A stretch of 32,544 nt of DNA from an uncultured Clostridia bacterium (lineage in GTDB: Bacteria > Bacillota > Clostridia > Christensenellales > UBA1242). The stretch spans positions 1-32,544 of the forward strand of contig CANDFN010000002.1 of assembly GCA_947384015.1 (NCBI GenBank), written 5' to 3'. The position numbers were made by a program, and so were the translations under genes. The notes under the pieces were generated by a model, which saw nothing but the letters and a program-made list of their open reading frames with translations, did not search any database and had not been told where the DNA came from. Positions 17,058 to 25,678 of this stretch are shown here, piece after piece (the stretch's first letter is position 1; the number at the start of each line of letters is the position of its first letter).

Positions 17058-18329
17058 ATGAAATATTTTGGAACAGATGGAATAAGAGGAATTGTAAATG
17101 AAAGCATAACCTCCTCGCTATTAAAAAAGATTGCTAAAGCCTTAGTTATTTATTACAAAAAACATTCTTTACAAAAACGAATTATTGTAGGCAACGATAG
17201 TCGTGCTAGTAGCAGCTACATATTGTCAATTATGGAAAGTGTTCTTTTAAAATATGGCATTAGTGTTGACTTTATTGGAACATGCTCTAGCCCATGTTTA
17301 GCCCATCTTACACAAAAGCATGGTTATCCTTTAGGCATGATGATATCAGCCTCTCATAACAGCCATGAATATAATGGAATTAAGTTTTTTAACATGTTTG
17401 GTGAAAAAATTAATGAAGAAACAGAGCAAGAATTAGAAAACTATTTCAATAAAAGAATTTATTGCCAAACACAATTTGCGCAACATTTAGATAAGCACAA
17501 ATTAAAAGATGAATACATAAACTTTTTAAAGCAAATTAAAAATTCTAATTTCCCTTGTGTTTTTGATTGTGCCAACGGCGGTGCAAGTAAAATTATTAAA
17601 CAAGTGTTTACCAATATAAAATTTATTAACTCTTTACCTAATGGAGAAAATATAAACAAAAATGCTGGTTGCACAAGCGTTGAAATGTTAAAAAGCGTTT
17701 GTGTAAGTGAAGGCAAAATTGGTTTTGCTGTGGATGGTGATGCAGACCGATTAAACATTGTAACTCCTGCTGGGGAAGTAATTAAAGGGGATAAAATTTT
17801 ATACATATTAGCCCGCCAATTTTTAAAGGCAGACGATGTTGTTGTTGGCACAATTTACTCTAACTCTGGTTTAGAAGAAAGCTTAAAAAAGTTAAAAATA
17901 AAGCTGGTTCGCGCCGGGGTTGGAGATAAATTGGTATACGAAAAAATGTGCGAACAAATAAGTTTAATTGGTGGTGAAAATGCTGGGCACATTATATTTA
18001 GAAAATATTTAAACACTGGCGATGGTGTGCTTACTGCAATTTTAATTTTAAACATTTTAGAGCGTAACAACTGCACTATTGAAGATTTGTTAAAGCCATA
18101 CACCGAATATTATCAAGCAGAGTCAAATATAAAAATTACCAACAATTTTACCATACCTAATGACGCCAAAGTTTTAATAAATAAATATGAAGAATATGGT
18201 GCAAGAATAATTGTTCGCCCTAGCGGAACAGAACCTGTTGTGCGCATAATGGTAGAACATGAAAATGAAGAAATGGCTAAAATTTACTTAATAAGCATAG
18301 AAAATTGCATAAATAACACCTGTTTTTAG
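17058..18329 (+). CDS. glmM: Phosphoglucosamine mutase (alpha-D-phosphohexomutase family)
   Basis: MKYFGTDGIRG N-terminus, active-site SASHNSHEYNGIKFF, metal loop VDGDADR and GGENAGH. At 423 aa it is slightly short for the family. Confidence 0.8.
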   Translation: MKYFGTDGIRGIVNESITSSLLKKIAKALVIYYKKHSLQKRIIVGNDSRASSSYILSIMESVLLKYGISVDFIGTCSSPCLAHLTQKHGYPLGMMISASHNSHEYNGIKFFNMFGEKINEETEQELENYFNKRIYCQTQFAQHLDKHKLKDEYINFLKQIKNSNFPCVFDCANGGASKIIKQVFTNIKFINSLPNGENINKNAGCTSVEMLKSVCVSEGKIGFAVDGDADRLNIVTPAGEVIKGDKILYILARQFLKADDVVVGTIYSNSGLEESLKKLKIKLVRAGVGDKLVYEKMCEQISLIGGENAGHIIFRKYLNTGDGVLTAILILNILERNNCTIEDLLKPYTEYYQAESNIKITNNFTIPNDAKVLINKYEEYGARIIVRPSGTEPVVRIMVEHENEEMAKIYLISIENCINNTCF

Positions 18330-18340
18330 GTGTTTTTTAT
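18315..18340 (+). terminator. Rho-independent terminator after glmM
   Basis: AACACCT (18315-18321) pairs with AGGTGTT (18328-18334), followed by a T-run. The hairpin overlaps the stop codon. Confidence 0.6.
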
Positions 18341-18430
18341 TTAATTTTAATAAATTTTCTATTTTTGTTTTATACAACTTTTAGATTTAAATCATTTTGT
18401 TTAACAACCGTTTTGTGTTATAATTTTAAT

Positions 18431-19096
18431 ATGAATTATGTTTTAGCAAAAGACTGGAGCGAAGCATTAGCAAACCGCTTTGAACAAGATTATAAACGAA
18501 ATCTATTTAATTGGCTAGAAAGTGAATATAACGCAAAGCCAGTTTTTCCGCCAAAGGAAAAAATATTTAATGCACTAAACCTTGTGCCAATAAAACAAGC
18601 CAAGGTTGTAATTATTGGGCAAGACCCCTACCATGTGCGCGGGCAAGCGGACGGCTTGGCATTTAGTTGCCATAATGGAACACCTCAGCCCTCTTTAACA
18701 AATATCTTTAAAGAAATTAATGCCGATTTGGGCGTTACTATGTCTGGCTCTACCGATTTAACCCCATGGGCAAAACAAGGTGTGGTTTTGCTAAACACAA
18801 GCCTTACAGTAATAGAACATCAACCAGCTAGCCATGCCACACCTGCTTGGAAAACTTTTACCAATGAAATAGTTAAGATTTTAAACGAACAAAACCAGCC
18901 TCTTGTATTTATGCTTTGGGGCAACCATGCAAAAAGTTTTTTACCTTTCTTAAACAACCCAAATCATTTAATATTAACATCTGCTCACCCAAGCCCATTT
19001 TCTGCTTACAACGGATTTTTTGGTTGCAAGCATTTTAGCAAATGCAATCAGTTTTTAACAGAGCATGGTTTAGAACCTATTAATTGGCAAATTTAA
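18431..19096 (+). CDS. ung: Uracil-DNA glycosylase (family 1)
   Basis: GQDPYH, VLLLNTSLTV and HPSPFSA motifs. ATG 18431 chosen because the track TTG extension encodes nonsense hydrophobic sequence. ATG lies 6 nt after TGtTATAAT, with no SD. Confidence 0.9.
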   Translation: MNYVLAKDWSEALANRFEQDYKRNLFNWLESEYNAKPVFPPKEKIFNALNLVPIKQAKVVIIGQDPYHVRGQADGLAFSCHNGTPQPSLTNIFKEINADLGVTMSGSTDLTPWAKQGVVLLNTSLTVIEHQPASHATPAWKTFTNEIVKILNEQNQPLVFMLWGNHAKSFLPFLNNPNHLILTSAHPSPFSAYNGFFGCKHFSKCNQFLTEHGLEPINWQI

Positions 19097-19103
19097 GTGA
19101 GAT

Positions 19104-19680
19104 ATGAAAGATAAACTTATAAAATTAAAAGATGAAGAAATATTAACACACTATTTAAACTATGTAAAATTAGATTTTCCAAAAAAACGAAACACAATCC
19201 GCTAAAAGTATTGGTAAATACATAGATTTAAATATTGCTTTAATGCATTTATATAAGGTAGACTCAGATATTGTCGGCTGGGCATTTTTGACAGTGGACA
19301 AAAAATGTAAACTTGCCTTTCTACAATATTTAGCGATATTTAAAACATTTAGAAACAAAGGTTATGGTGGCGAATTTTTATTAAATTTAAAAAATAAACT
19401 TAAAAATTATAACGGAATATTTTTAGATTGCGAAGCAGTTGAAATCAACAACCCCGTGCAAGAAAAAAGACAACAATTTTACAGCAACAATGGCTTTATT
19501 AAAAGTGACTTGGAAACCATTTGTTGGGATGTCCATTATAATTATTTTTATATTCCAATTAAAAATAACAATATAAAAAGTGATGATTTGTTTGATAGTT
19601 TAACTGAAACTTTTTTAATTAAACACAACAAAAAATATTTAGAAGAAAATTTTAAAAGGATTAATAATGATAAAAATTAG
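19104..19680 (+). pseudogene. GNAT N-acetyltransferase interrupted by a frameshift in an A7 run
   Basis: ATG 19104 opens MKDKLIKLKDEEILTHYLNYVKLDFPKK..., which stops at 19203-05. The GNAT body (track ORF 19243..19680, motif A FRNKGYGGEFL) is open from 19174 in the next frame. The frames overlap across AAAAAAA at 19181-19187. Removing one A gives a continuous protein of about 191 aa (..DFPKNETQSAKSIGKY..). Confidence 0.6.
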
Positions 19681-20122
19681 AAAAGCCACTTTACAAGACA
19701 CTCTAGCCATTCAACTTTTAAACAATCAGCTTTGCAATTTAGAAAGAGAAAAGTTTGATAAATACCTAATAAAAGATTATGCAACATCTAAGGAAGGCGA
19801 AGAATATTTTAAAAACTCTATAAAAAATGACTATGTTATTGTTGCAGAAGAAAATAAAAAAGTAGTTGGATATCTTTTGGGCGCAAGAAACGATGTTGTT
19901 TATTATAATTTTAAAATAGCGGAGTTGTGCAACATGTGTATAGATGAGGCATATAGACATCACGGCATTGGCACACTACTTTACAAAGAGTTTGAAAAAC
20001 ATTTTAATAGTTTGGGTATAACCCACTTTACAGTTACAGCATCTTTTAAGAATGAAAGTGCAAAGGCTTTTTATAAAAAAATGGGGTTTGAAGAAATTAA
20101 TACAACCTTTATTAAAGAATAA
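19667..20122 (+). CDS. GNAT family N-acetyltransferase
   Basis: 151 aa with motif A RHHGIGTLLYKEFEKH. AGGA SD. 14-nt overlap with the preceding GNAT. Confidence 0.8.
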   Translation: MIKIRKATLQDTLAIQLLNNQLCNLEREKFDKYLIKDYATSKEGEEYFKNSIKNDYVIVAEENKKVVGYLLGARNDVVYYNFKIAELCNMCIDEAYRHHGIGTLLYKEFEKHFNSLGITHFTVTASFKNESAKAFYKKMGFEEINTTFIKE

Positions 20123-20140
20123 AAAAATTATTTCATTTAA

Positions 20141-20169
20141 TTGACAAAAGCATTTGTGAATGATAAAAT
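20141..20169 (+). promoter_or_regulatory. Sigma-A promoter of the ileS leader
   Basis: TTGACA (20141-46), 17 nt, then TGaTAAAAT (extended -10; hexamer at 20164-69). Confidence 0.65.
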
Positions 20170-20175
20170 AGAAAT

Positions 20176-20220
20176 ATGTATAAAGCAATTATAGCAAGCA
20201 GCATTATTATTAACATCTAA
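20176..20220 (+). CDS. Putative Ile-rich leader peptide (MYKAIIASSIIINI)
   Basis: ATG 6 nt after the -10 hexamer. 14 codons, 6 of them Ile (ATT ATA .. ATT ATT ATT AAC ATC), then TAA. Lies directly upstream of alternative antiterminator/terminator helices and ileS. Confidence 0.55.
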   Translation: MYKAIIASSIIINI

Positions 20221-20256
20221 TTAATTAGGTGTGCGATTTGCTGTAATAATAAAAAA

Positions 20257-20281
20257 TGTCAGCAAAACGCTGGCATTTTTT
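20257..20281 (+). terminator. Leader (attenuator) terminator upstream of ileS
   Basis: TGTCAGC (20257-63), loop AAAAC, GCTGGCA (20269-75), then T6 (20276-81). It ends 5 nt before the ileS SD. Confidence 0.6.
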
Positions 20282-20299
20282 AAAAAGAGAGGTATTAAA

Positions 20300-23200
20300 G
20301 TGAAAAAAGAAAACAGCAACTTAAACTATGTAGAAATGGAAAAGCAGATGCTTAATTTTTGGCAGAATAACGACATCTTTGAAAAGTTAAAAGCCAAAAA
20401 TAAAAAGACTGGCAAATATTTTGCCACCCTAGACGGCCCTATTACTGCAAATTATAACATGGGGCTACACCATGCCTATAACCGCACCTTTAAAGATGCG
20501 ATGTTTAAGTTTGAAGCACTTTGCGGTTACGATCAACATTATCAAAATGGTTTTGACTCTCATGGTTTGCCTGTAGAAAAAAAGGTTGAAGAAGCATTAG
20601 GCTTAGACAGCAAACAAGATATTGAAAAATATGGCATAGATAAGTTTGTTAAAGCTTGTATGGATTCTGTAGACAAATATTCTGCATCTCAAACACAATC
20701 TTCTATTCGTTTAGGTCAGTGGATGAATTGGGACGATAGTTACTACACAAACAGCGATAGCAACATCACTGCAATTTGGTATTTTTTGAAGAAATGCCAT
20801 GAAAAAGGCTGGATTCAACAATCTTACCGCCCAACTCCATGGTGCACTCGTTGCGGAACAAGCATAGCAGAAAACGACATGTCTGGAGATGACGTTTATC
20901 GCAACGATACCTGCCAAGCAATTTTCTTCAAATGCCCAATTAAAGATAGCAATAACGATATTCTAGTTTGGACAACCACCCCTTGGACGTTATGTGCAAA
21001 TGTGGCAGTTGCTGTTAATCCAGATTTTGATTACAATATTGTAAAAATAAAATCTTCTAATCGTAACCTAATTGTTATGGCAAGTCTTATGAAAGTGCTT
21101 AAAGACGACGCTTGCGAAGTTTTAAAAACAGTTAAAGGAAGTGAACTTGTAGGTCTTAGTTACGAAACTTGTTTCCCAGAACTTAGCGAACAACAATTTG
21201 TTCATAAAATTGTCGCATGGGATTTGGTTGATGCAACCGAAGGTGCAGGTGCCGTCCACATCGCCCCTGGTTGCGGTGAAAGTGACTACGATTTAGGCAA
21301 AAGCCTAGGATTAAAAAATGTTGTGCCTATTGACGAAGCTGGTTTATTTTACCCAAGCTTTGGAGTTTTAGCTGGCAAAGATGCCAACAATGACGAAACT
21401 CGCGATTTTATTTTTGACGAATTAAGCAAACGAGGCAAGGTTTATTACACACACAAATACACTCACCGTTACCCACACTGCCACAGATGTAAACGCCCTA
21501 TTGTTTACAGACTAATCAGCCAATGGGTAATTAAAATGGATGAAATTCGCCCTAGCCTAATTACAGCTATAGACGATGTAGAATTTAACCCAGATTTTAT
21601 GAAAAAACGTATGTTAGACTGGCTTAACAATATGGGAGATTGGTCTATTAGCCGTAACAGATATTATGGGTTGCCTTTGCCATTTTACCCTTGTAAAAAC
21701 TGTGGAGAAGTAACAGTTGTTGGTAGTTTAGACGAATTAAAAAGTCTTTCTTCCAGTGCCGAAGTAGATTCAATGCCGCACATCCACCGCCCATATATAG
21801 ACAAAATTAAAATCAACTGCCCAAAATGTGGTAGTAAAGTAGAGCGAATTAAAGAAGTTGGCGATGCTTGGCTAGATGCAGGCATTACTCCATTTAGCAC
21901 CAAAAAGTATTTTACTGACAAAGAGTTTTTTAATAAAAATTTCCCAATAGAATGTGTAATAGAAGCAAAAGAACAAGTGCGTTTGTGGTTTTATAGCCTA
22001 CTTGTCATGAGTGTTGTGCTTACTGGAAAAGCTCCTTATAAACGCATTGGGACAACCCCAATGTTATTAGATAGAGAGGGCAAAAAACTTTCTAAATCTA
22101 GCCCTAATAACATACCATTAGACACCGTGTTTGAAGAAATTGGTGCAGACATTGTGCGTTATAATTTTGTAGCCACCCCGCTTACAAATGATGTTCGTTT
22201 TAGTAGAGAAACCTGTGACGAAGTTAAACGTAAACTTTTAGGACTTTGGAATGCTTACATCTTCTTAAACACTTATGCTTGTTTTGACAATCCTGACTTA
22301 ACAAGCTACTACCCTAAAGAAAATAGCCTAGCATTTATTGATAAATGGTTAATTAACCGTGTTAACGAATTTACTGCAAATGCTAAAGATGCTTACAACA
22401 AGCAAATGTTTGGTGCAGTAAGTAAAGACTTTGAATTATTGGTTGACGAACTTACAAACTGGTATATTCGCAATAACCGCAGACGTTTTTATAAAAGCGA
22501 AAATAACGAGGACACAACTAATGCTTATTTTTGCCTAAATTACGCAATTAAAAATATATGTATGGTAATGTTTCCTATTACTCCATTCTTAAGTGAATAC
22601 TTATGGCAAAATGTAGTGCGTGAACTAGACAAAAACGCAACTGAAAGCGTTGCTCTTAATGGTTATAATATTGCAGAATACAAGGTTAAAGATTCTGGCT
22701 TTACAGAAAAAACTAATATGGTTCGCACTATATTTGCACTTGCAAGCAAACTAAGAAACGAGAATCAAATAAAAGTTAAACAGCCACTAAAAACTATGTA
22801 TATCAATGGTAACAAAACAGTAGCCGAAGCTGTTAAATTATATTACGACATAATTTCTAGCGAACTAAACATTAAGCAAGTTGTTATGGAACATGACAAC
22901 TCTAAGTTTAATGACGAATATCTAACCCTAGATTTCCGCAAGGCTGGCGCTGTGCTTAAAGGAGATGTTCAAAAGGTTAAAAATTTGTTAACCGAGGCTA
23001 GCGAAAAAGAAATGACAAGCATGGTGGCGGAATATAAAAATGGTAAAGTTAAAATTAATAACACAGAGTTAGACAGCACTTTGTTTACACTAGCAACCAA
23101 ACCAAAACAAGAATATGTTGTTGCAAGCGAGGGTGACATCACTGTTGTGCTAGACACTACCCTTGATAGAGATTTGATGTTAGAAGGTATGAGCCGTGAA

Positions 23201-23431
23201 TTAATACGTTCTGCCCAAGTGCTTAGAAAACTTGGTGGTTTTAATGTTGATGACCGCATTGACATAGAATTTGTAACAGATAGTGCAGATCTTAACGAAA
23301 TTGTAATTAAATTTGCAAATAAAATTAAAAGTGAACTTTTAGCGCGCGATATTAAACCTTTAACCAACCCAGAAGTAAACGAAGTAACCGAAATTGGTGA
23401 CGAAAAAATTACAATAAAAATGAAAAGATAG
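20300..23431 (+). CDS. ileS: Isoleucine--tRNA ligase (type 2, about 1040 aa)
   Basis: GTG 20300 follows a GAGAGG SD. N-terminal NYVEMEKQMLNFWQNNDIFEK, GPITANYNMGLHH (HIGH-region variant of this subclass), GFDSHGLPVE, WCTRCGTSI, KKLSKS (KMSKS) and C-terminal LMLEGMSRELIRSAQVLRK. The track start at 20231 would overlap the attenuator. Confidence 0.9.
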   Translation: MKKENSNLNYVEMEKQMLNFWQNNDIFEKLKAKNKKTGKYFATLDGPITANYNMGLHHAYNRTFKDAMFKFEALCGYDQHYQNGFDSHGLPVEKKVEEALGLDSKQDIEKYGIDKFVKACMDSVDKYSASQTQSSIRLGQWMNWDDSYYTNSDSNITAIWYFLKKCHEKGWIQQSYRPTPWCTRCGTSIAENDMSGDDVYRNDTCQAIFFKCPIKDSNNDILVWTTTPWTLCANVAVAVNPDFDYNIVKIKSSNRNLIVMASLMKVLKDDACEVLKTVKGSELVGLSYETCFPELSEQQFVHKIVAWDLVDATEGAGAVHIAPGCGESDYDLGKSLGLKNVVPIDEAGLFYPSFGVLAGKDANNDETRDFIFDELSKRGKVYYTHKYTHRYPHCHRCKRPIVYRLISQWVIKMDEIRPSLITAIDDVEFNPDFMKKRMLDWLNNMGDWSISRNRYYGLPLPFYPCKNCGEVTVVGSLDELKSLSSSAEVDSMPHIHRPYIDKIKINCPKCGSKVERIKEVGDAWLDAGITPFSTKKYFTDKEFFNKNFPIECVIEAKEQVRLWFYSLLVMSVVLTGKAPYKRIGTTPMLLDREGKKLSKSSPNNIPLDTVFEEIGADIVRYNFVATPLTNDVRFSRETCDEVKRKLLGLWNAYIFLNTYACFDNPDLTSYYPKENSLAFIDKWLINRVNEFTANAKDAYNKQMFGAVSKDFELLVDELTNWYIRNNRRRFYKSENNEDTTNAYFCLNYAIKNICMVMFPITPFLSEYLWQNVVRELDKNATESVALNGYNIAEYKVKDSGFTEKTNMVRTIFALASKLRNENQIKVKQPLKTMYINGNKTVAEAVKLYYDIISSELNIKQVVMEHDNSKFNDEYLTLDFRKAGAVLKGDVQKVKNLLTEASEKEMTSMVAEYKNGKVKINNTELDSTLFTLATKPKQEYVVASEGDITVVLDTTLDRDLMLEGMSRELIRSAQVLRKLGGFNVDDRIDIEFVTDSADLNEIVIKFANKIKSELLARDIKPLTNPEVNEVTEIGDEKITIKMKR

Positions 23432-23460
23432 TTTTAAATTGCTTTTTGATTACAATAAAA

Positions 23461-23493
23461 AAGCCATTGCTTTAGTTGTTGCAATGGTTTTTT
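23461..23493 (+). terminator. Bidirectional rho-independent terminator between ileS and acpS
   Basis: AAGCCATTGC (23461-70) pairs with GCAATGGTTT (23481-90). Flanked by an A-run upstream and a T-run downstream. Confidence 0.7.
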
Positions 23494-23526
23494 ATTTTTT
23501 AATTTGTTTTTTGCTTTTATTTTATC

Positions 23527-23883
23527 TTATTTTAAAAGCACAACTGCTGTAGCATAGCCTTTACAGTGAGAGATACTTATTTCTACATTAAATAAGCCAT
23601 CATCCAATTCTTTTTTTGCAATTAAATCTTTAACATATTTTGTTAAGTTTATATACGGTTTTCCAGTATCTGTATGTAGAACCTCTATTTTTTTATACTC
23701 AATTTCAGGGTTATCCAAAGCTTTAACAAATGCTTCCTTTACACAAAAATAACCACAAAGATGTTCGGCAACATTCACATACTGTTTTGCATATTCCATT
23801 TCTTTTTTTGTAAATATTCTTGAACATTCTTTATCTGTCCACGCCAAAAACCTATCTGTAACCTCTATATCTATACCTATCAT
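23527..23883 (-). CDS. acpS: Holo-[acyl-carrier-protein] synthase
   Basis: 118 aa with MIGIDIEV, FTKKEMEYA, KEAFVKAL and ISISH motifs. AGGAGA SD. Confidence 0.88.
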   Translation of the reverse strand: MIGIDIEVTDRFLAWTDKECSRIFTKKEMEYAKQYVNVAEHLCGYFCVKEAFVKALDNPEIEYKKIEVLHTDTGKPYINLTKYVKDLIAKKELDDGLFNVEISISHCKGYATAVVLLK

Positions 23884-23923
23884 GCTTTTCTCCTAAAACT
23901 ATAATAAATTCAATTACACAAAC

Positions 23924-24517
23924 CTAAACCTCGTATATGTTTTTCATGGCCTGTTTTATAGTGTCCCAACCATAGCCTTGTCCAATTAAACGACGAGTTA
24001 ATTTTTCTACATTTGGTTTATCTACTGGTTTAGATTTAAAAAACTTTTCAACCTCTTTTGTGCAGGCTGGCAACTCATCAATTTCTACCAAATTTTCCTC
24101 AAAATCGTCACTTTTTATGCCAAACCCTTGCAGTTTTTGTTTTAGTTTACGTTTACTAAAATTAGGGTTAGAATTTATATAGCTTTGTGCATACAAATTG
24201 TCGTTTAATAAATTGTATTCTTTTAGCTTATTAATAACTGCATTTACAATTTTAGATTTATATTCCTTTTTATACAAATAATCTTTAACTTGTTTTTCTG
24301 TCTTCATGTGTTGATTAATATAATTAAGTGCAGTATTTGTGGCAATTAAAAGTGCACTTTCTTCCTCCGCCTGCTTAAATCTTTCTGTATCAACCTCGCC
24401 TACACGCAAACCAAATTTAACAATAATATCACTATGAAAAATATGCTGCCCCTCATCTGAGGTTATGATAAATATGTTTGCATTTTTACCTTTAAGTTTA
24501 ATAGACTGAATAAACAT
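23924..24517 (-). CDS. recX: RecX family regulatory protein
   Basis: 197 aa. Repeated helical modules of the type KQVKDYLYKKEYKSKIVNAVINKLKEYNLLNDNLYAQSYI are typical of Firmicutes RecX. No SD; ATG lies 6 nt after TGtTATAAT. Confidence 0.7.
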   Translation of the reverse strand: MFIQSIKLKGKNANIFIITSDEGQHIFHSDIIVKFGLRVGEVDTERFKQAEEESALLIATNTALNYINQHMKTEKQVKDYLYKKEYKSKIVNAVINKLKEYNLLNDNLYAQSYINSNPNFSKRKLKQKLQGFGIKSDDFEENLVEIDELPACTKEVEKFFKSKPVDKPNVEKLTRRLIGQGYGWDTIKQAMKNIYEV

Positions 24518-24557
24518 ACAAATATTATAACATAAATAAAAATTTTAAACAAATGCT

Positions 24558-25577
24558 TTAATAATTAATTTTGTGTTGGTTTTCCCAAGTTAAAAACTCG
24601 TTTAATTCTTCTGCCGTTTCAATTTCCATATGATAATAATGCTTAGTAAATTCTCCACAAGAACTACCAATTTGTTTGCCTGGTGGCGAATATGTTTTTA
24701 CAACAAGCGAAGGCAATTCCGTTTTTATAGTGGAAATCCAATGCGACTGATTATCGCTTATTTGCATATCTTCTTTTGGGTTAAAAGTTAAAAATTTTAT
24801 TGGGATGCTATACCTACTTAAAAGCATTAGCATTTTACTTAATTCATTTTCGCCATCGTTTACATCTTTTATTAATGTGTAATGTATTTCTATAGGTATT
24901 GAATTACGATGAAACAAATTATAATTTTGCATTATATGTTTATTATTTTGTAAGGTATTAGCATAAATTTTTAACAACTTTAAAGCATCGCAAATTTTTA
25001 TGCTAGAAGAAGGAATAATCTCAAAACGTTGATTGTCGTCTGGATTATGCAACGAAAAATGCACCTTTAAAGGAATGTTATTTTCGTTAATCATTTTGGT
25101 AAATTTCTCAAACAATTCCCCACTTGGAAGCATGGTTGCAACTGCGTAAGAAATATTGTTGTAATGTAATAAATATTTAATAACATTCTCGTTTTCAAAC
25201 ACTTGTTTAATTAAACTTTGATTTAAAAGAGGTTCACCCACACCCATAAAAGATATTAATAAATCTTTTTTATTTGTTCTTCTATCATAATTCTTTTCTG
25301 GGTTTTGATTACACACGCTTTTTAAAACCGCCTCTATAAATTCGGTGCTTTCTATAGGCTCCATACACTTATTAAGTTTGTTGTTTGTTAGGTGGCACAT
25401 TTTACAACCAAGGTTGCAAAAATGATGTGTTGGCACACACAAAACATCATAACTTTTATTGTTTATAAGGGTCATTTCTATAACCCCACCATTAGTGCTT
25501 TTAAACACACTTTTTATAGAGTCATCATTATGGTCTATAAACACACCCAAACTTTTTAAATTATTGTAATTTGTCAT
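24558..25577 (-). CDS. RlmN/Cfr-family radical SAM methyltransferase homologue lacking the N-terminal domain
   Basis: Collinear with RlmN: LCV..FCNLGCKMC (Cx3Cx2C cluster), FMGVGEPLLN, FSLHNPDD, DVNDG, NPKED and C-terminal GSSCGEF (second mechanistic Cys). Only about 45 aa precede the LCV cysteine. GAGGT SD. Confidence 0.7.
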   Translation of the reverse strand: MTNYNNLKSLGVFIDHNDDSIKSVFKSTNGGVIEMTLINNKSYDVLCVPTHHFCNLGCKMCHLTNNKLNKCMEPIESTEFIEAVLKSVCNQNPEKNYDRRTNKKDLLISFMGVGEPLLNQSLIKQVFENENVIKYLLHYNNISYAVATMLPSGELFEKFTKMINENNIPLKVHFSLHNPDDNQRFEIIPSSSIKICDALKLLKIYANTLQNNKHIMQNYNLFHRNSIPIEIHYTLIKDVNDGENELSKMLMLLSRYSIPIKFLTFNPKEDMQISDNQSHWISTIKTELPSLVVKTYSPPGKQIGSSCGEFTKHYYHMEIETAEELNEFLTWENQHKINY

Positions 25578-25678
25578 ATTTTTACCTCACAATCACAATG
25601 ATAAAATATACAAATTACGCTAGTCAATTGTTTAAAAATACCTGTTTTTTTATAAAAACATATCAAAAAAGATATGTT

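Noticed and set aside
20231-20299. Track start (GTG 20231) giving a 23-aa N-terminal extension of IleRS.
   Set aside because: The extension overlaps the antiterminator and terminator helices and the T-run. GTG 20300 has a proper SD, and the protein from there aligns with type-2 IleRS N-termini.
20438-20473. Apparently degenerate HIGH motif in IleRS (PITANYNMGLHH instead of HxGH).
   Set aside because: From memory, the type-2 IleRS subclass found for example in Bacteroidetes reads PPSANGMPGIHH at this position. This looks like the normal variant of that subclass, not a loss of function. An alignment would confirm it.
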